Assembly (NCBI GenBank): GCA_009103225.1
Contig: RHPI01000401.1
Location: 50,290-114,289 of the forward strand
Length of the DNA: 64,000 nt
DNA from: Chlorokybus atmophyticus
Lineage: Eukaryota; Plantae; Mesostigma and Chlorokybus algae
Direction: 5' to 3'
Each line of letters begins with the position of its first letter. Position 1 is the first letter of the stretch. Both the position numbers and the translations under genes were made by a program. The notes under the pieces are model-generated. The model searched no databases, was not told the DNA's origin, and saw only the letters and a program-made list of their open reading frames with translations. Shown here one piece after another: positions 60,961 to 64,000 of this stretch.

Positions 60961-61096
60961 GTAAGGGCTGTTGTCAGCGCATGGCATGACTCATTGGCAC
61001 GCGTTTGCTCGCACACTCACAGTAGCACACATACCATCTCTTGCAACATCACGCACAGTGTCCAACTATCTGTTGCTCACTGCCTCTCACAGACAC

Positions 61097-62090
61097 NNNN
61101 NNNNNNNNNNNNNNNNNNNNNNNNNNNNNNNNNNNNNNNNNNNNNNNNNNNNNNNNNNNNNNNNNNNNNNNNNNNNNNNNNNNNNNNNNNNNNNNNNNNN
61201 NNNNNNNNNNNNNNNNNNNNNNNNNNNNNNNNNNNNNNNNNNNNNNNNNNNNNNNNNNNNNNNNNNNNNNNNNNNNNNNNNNNNNNNNNNNNNNNNNNNN
61301 NNNNNNNNNNNNNNNNNNNNNNNNNNNNNNNNNNNNNNNNNNNNNNNNNNNNNNNNNNNNNNNNNNNNNNNNNNNNNNNNNNNNNNNNNNNNNNNNNNNN
61401 NNNNNNNNNNNNNNNNNNNNNNNNNNNNNNNNNNNNNNNNNNNNNNNNNNNNNNNNNNNNNNNNNNNNNNNNNNNNNNNNNNNNNNNNNNNNNNNNNNNN
61501 NNNNNNNNNNNNNNNNNNNNNNNNNNNNNNNNNNNNNNNNNNNNNNNNNNNNNNNNNNNNNNNNNNNNNNNNNNNNNNNNNNNNNNNNNNNNNNNNNNNN
61601 NNNNNNNNNNNNNNNNNNNNNNNNNNNNNNNNNNNNNNNNNNNNNNNNNNNNNNNNNNNNNNNNNNNNNNNNNNNNNNNNNNNNNNNNNNNNNNNNNNNN
61701 NNNNNNNNNNNNNNNNNNNNNNNNNNNNNNNNNNNNNNNNNNNNNNNNNNNNNNNNNNNNNNNNNNNNNNNNNNNNNNNNNNNNNNNNNNNNNNNNNNNN
61801 NNNNNNNNNNNNNNNNNNNNNNNNNNNNNNNNNNNNNNNNNNNNNNNNNNNNNNNNNNNNNNNNNNNNNNNNNNNNNNNNNNNNNNNNNNNNNNNNNNNN
61901 NNNNNNNNNNNNNNNNNNNNNNNNNNNNNNNNNNNNNNNNNNNNNNNNNNNNNNNNNNNNNNNNNNNNNNNNNNNNNNNNNNNNNNNNNNNNNNNNNNNN
62001 NNNNNNNNNNNNNNNNNNNNNNNNNNNNNNNNNNNNNNNNNNNNNNNNNNNNNNNNNNNNNNNNNNNNNNNNNNNNNNNNNACATACACG
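61097..62090. other. Assembly gap (N run)
   Basis: Run of N. Confidence 1.
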
Positions 62091-64000
62091 AGCAGCCAGA
62101 CCTTGTTGTCTGCATGGATGAAGAGCCCAGGGTCTGCAGAGGATGCGGTGAAGCCAAGTGCCTCCAGCTCCTTGGTGAGCTTGATGTGCCACATACGCGG
62201 TGCCTGTCGCAGCCCGTACAGTGCCTTGATCAGCTTGCACGCTGTGCCTCTCTCCCCTTCTTCATATCCAGGTGGTTGGTCGATGAGGATCTCCTCCTCC
62301 AGCTCTCCGTAGAGGAAGGCAGTCTTCACATCCAGGTGATGTAGCTCTAGGTCTTCAGCAGCAACCACAGCTAGCAGTGCACGGAAGGTGGTATGCTTAC
62401 TTGCAGGTGCAAACACTTCGTTAAAGTCCACACCTTCCTTCTGCAAGAAGCCCTTTGCCACCAGTCTTGCCTTGTAGCGCTCAATGTTGCCCTGACCATC
62501 ACGCTTCACCTTGAAGACCCATTTCACTGGAATGGTCTTCACTCCTTGCGGTAACTGCTCCAGTGACCAAGTGTTGTTGGCATGGAGTGACGCAATCTCC
62601 TCGTCCATAGCACGCTGCCATTGCTCCGCATCTGGTGCTAACAATGCCTCCTCGTAGGTGCTTGGCTCCTCATTGTGCACACTGGCGACGTGTGCCTTGT
62701 GTAAGAAGTCAGGTGCCTTTCTCTCCCTCACTGGGTATCTCCGAGCTGCGTGCTCCTGCTGTTGGTACGGCTCCTCTTGACCTGCTACAGCTGAGTCCTG
62801 CTCACCCTTATCGTCGATGATGGCCTTGCCTGTAGCCTCCACTGTTTCAGGATGCTCCGACTGTGCTTCATCTTCATCTCGAGGAAAGAAGCCTGCTTCT
62901 GGTTGTGATAATCCCTGATGGAAAACCACCTCTCTACTCACAACAATCTTCTGAGTGTCCTCGAGCAAGATCCTGTAAGCCTTGGAACCCGGTTCATAGC
63001 CAACAAAGATTCCCTTCTTGCTGACCGGTTCCAGCTTGTGCCTGAGCTGTTTAGGCACTAGTGCATATGCCGTGCATCCAAACACACTCATACCACTCAC
63101 ATCTGGTGTGGTCCATAGAAGTGCTCCCACAGAGTCTTCTGCTTTGAGCTCACCGGAGACCTGTTGCGGATGTAGTTGGCAGTGAGTACCGCCTCCTTCC
63201 ACAGACTGTCTTCCATCGTTGTGTCGTTCAGCATGGCTCGAACACGCTCCAAGAGTGTCCTGTTGAGGCGTTCAGCTGCTCCATTCTGCTGCGGGGTGTA
63301 GGGTGCCGCTGTCTCGTGGCGTATGCCCTTGCTGGCGAAGAACTCCTTGAACTCCTTGTTGATGTACTCCCCTCCTCGATCACTCCTCATTGCCTTCATC
63401 TTGTTGCTAGACTGGGTCTCCAACAAGGCCACGACTGTGCGCACAGCTCCAGCAACTTCTGACTTTAGCGTCAACAGAAAGATGATGGACAGCTTGCTGT
63501 AGTCGTCGAGGAATGTACCAAAGTACCTGGCCCCTCCCTTCGCCACAATGCGCATAGGGCCACAGACATCCATGTGCACAAGCTCGCAAGGATGCTGACT
63601 GCTTGAAGAGGATGATGGGAATGGCATAGCATGCTGCTTTGCAACCAGGCATGGTTCACAAAGTGCACCTGATGCATTCTTGAGTTCTTCTGTGCTGAGA
63701 TGGATGCCCTTGACCATCTTCTCAGCGACAAGGCGAGTGAGGTTGACGTAGCTGAGATGCCCGAACCTCCGATGCCACAATGTTGGCGACTCCTTGTCCT
63801 TCACCACCATGGCTTGAATGTCTCTGTCTTGAGGCTGCTCCACGTGGTAGAGCCCTCCCGGATCAGCGATTCCAACCATGTGCACGACCCCATCAAGGAT
63901 GACTGTGCAGCCACCCTTCCGAAATAGGATCTCCGCGCCTAAGCGCTCCGCAACCCTCACAGAGAATAGACTCGCAATAGCCTTAGGAACATGCAGGACG
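62091..64000 (-). mobile_element. Copia pol fragment: GAG-pre-integrase, integrase and RT (ends outside the window or in the gap)
   Basis: LWHRRFGHLS, CEPCLVAK, LVHMDVCGP, SDRGGEY, PQQNGAAERLNRTL, WVFKVKRD, RYKARLVAKG, LDVKTAFLYG, LYGLRQAPRMW, LLVY. One frameshift near 63150. Confidence 0.95.

Larger units (their letters stand above)
47243..61096. mobile_element. Large CACTA/EnSpm element (left TIR at 47243; right end not visible)
   Basis: Begins cacacggattgacgtt with about 1 kb of GGACCATGCATGGTCC-type subterminal repeats. Encodes a transposase and two further genes. Runs into the N gap and the Copia insertion. Confidence 0.8.

Noticed and set aside
1-64000. Non-standard genetic code (TAA/TAG = Gln, as in some ulvophytes) to explain stops at conserved Gln
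   Set aside because: Callose synthase and the Gln-rich 603-aa coiled-coil ORF use only CAA/CAG. The affected genes also have TGA stops and frameshifts, so mutation decay is simpler.

Overview
Eukaryotic genomic DNA with short GT-AG introns and N gaps. It is probably a green or streptophyte alga (inference from a callose synthase gene, plant-type TE families and intron style). The only clear host gene is the 5' half of an intact callose synthase (46-2120, minus). The rest is a nested transposon cluster: an Academ-like XPG/CXC pseudogene; a two-copy non-autonomous TIR family with 2-bp CA/TG TSDs; CACTA-type derivatives; a pogo element and a pogo-type MITE; an AT-richer block with a Pif1 helicase, a divergent histone H3-like pseudogene and a pair of paralogous unknown genes; Copia elements; a Ty3/Gypsy element with a cytosine DNA methyltransferase fused in frame upstream of RT and a PHD finger after integrase (itself hit twice by a chromovirus); a Plavaka-like transposase; and a >13.8 kb CACTA/EnSpm element. 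The CACTA element is the best candidate for an undescribed system. It encodes a transposase plus a convergent SET-domain/coiled-coil gene and is strewn with about 43 copies of the palindromic heptamer GACWGTC, concentrated in its introns, reminiscent of a sequence-specific anti-silencing system. All translations, counts and boundaries were done by eye, no database search was run, and coordinates may be off by a few bases.
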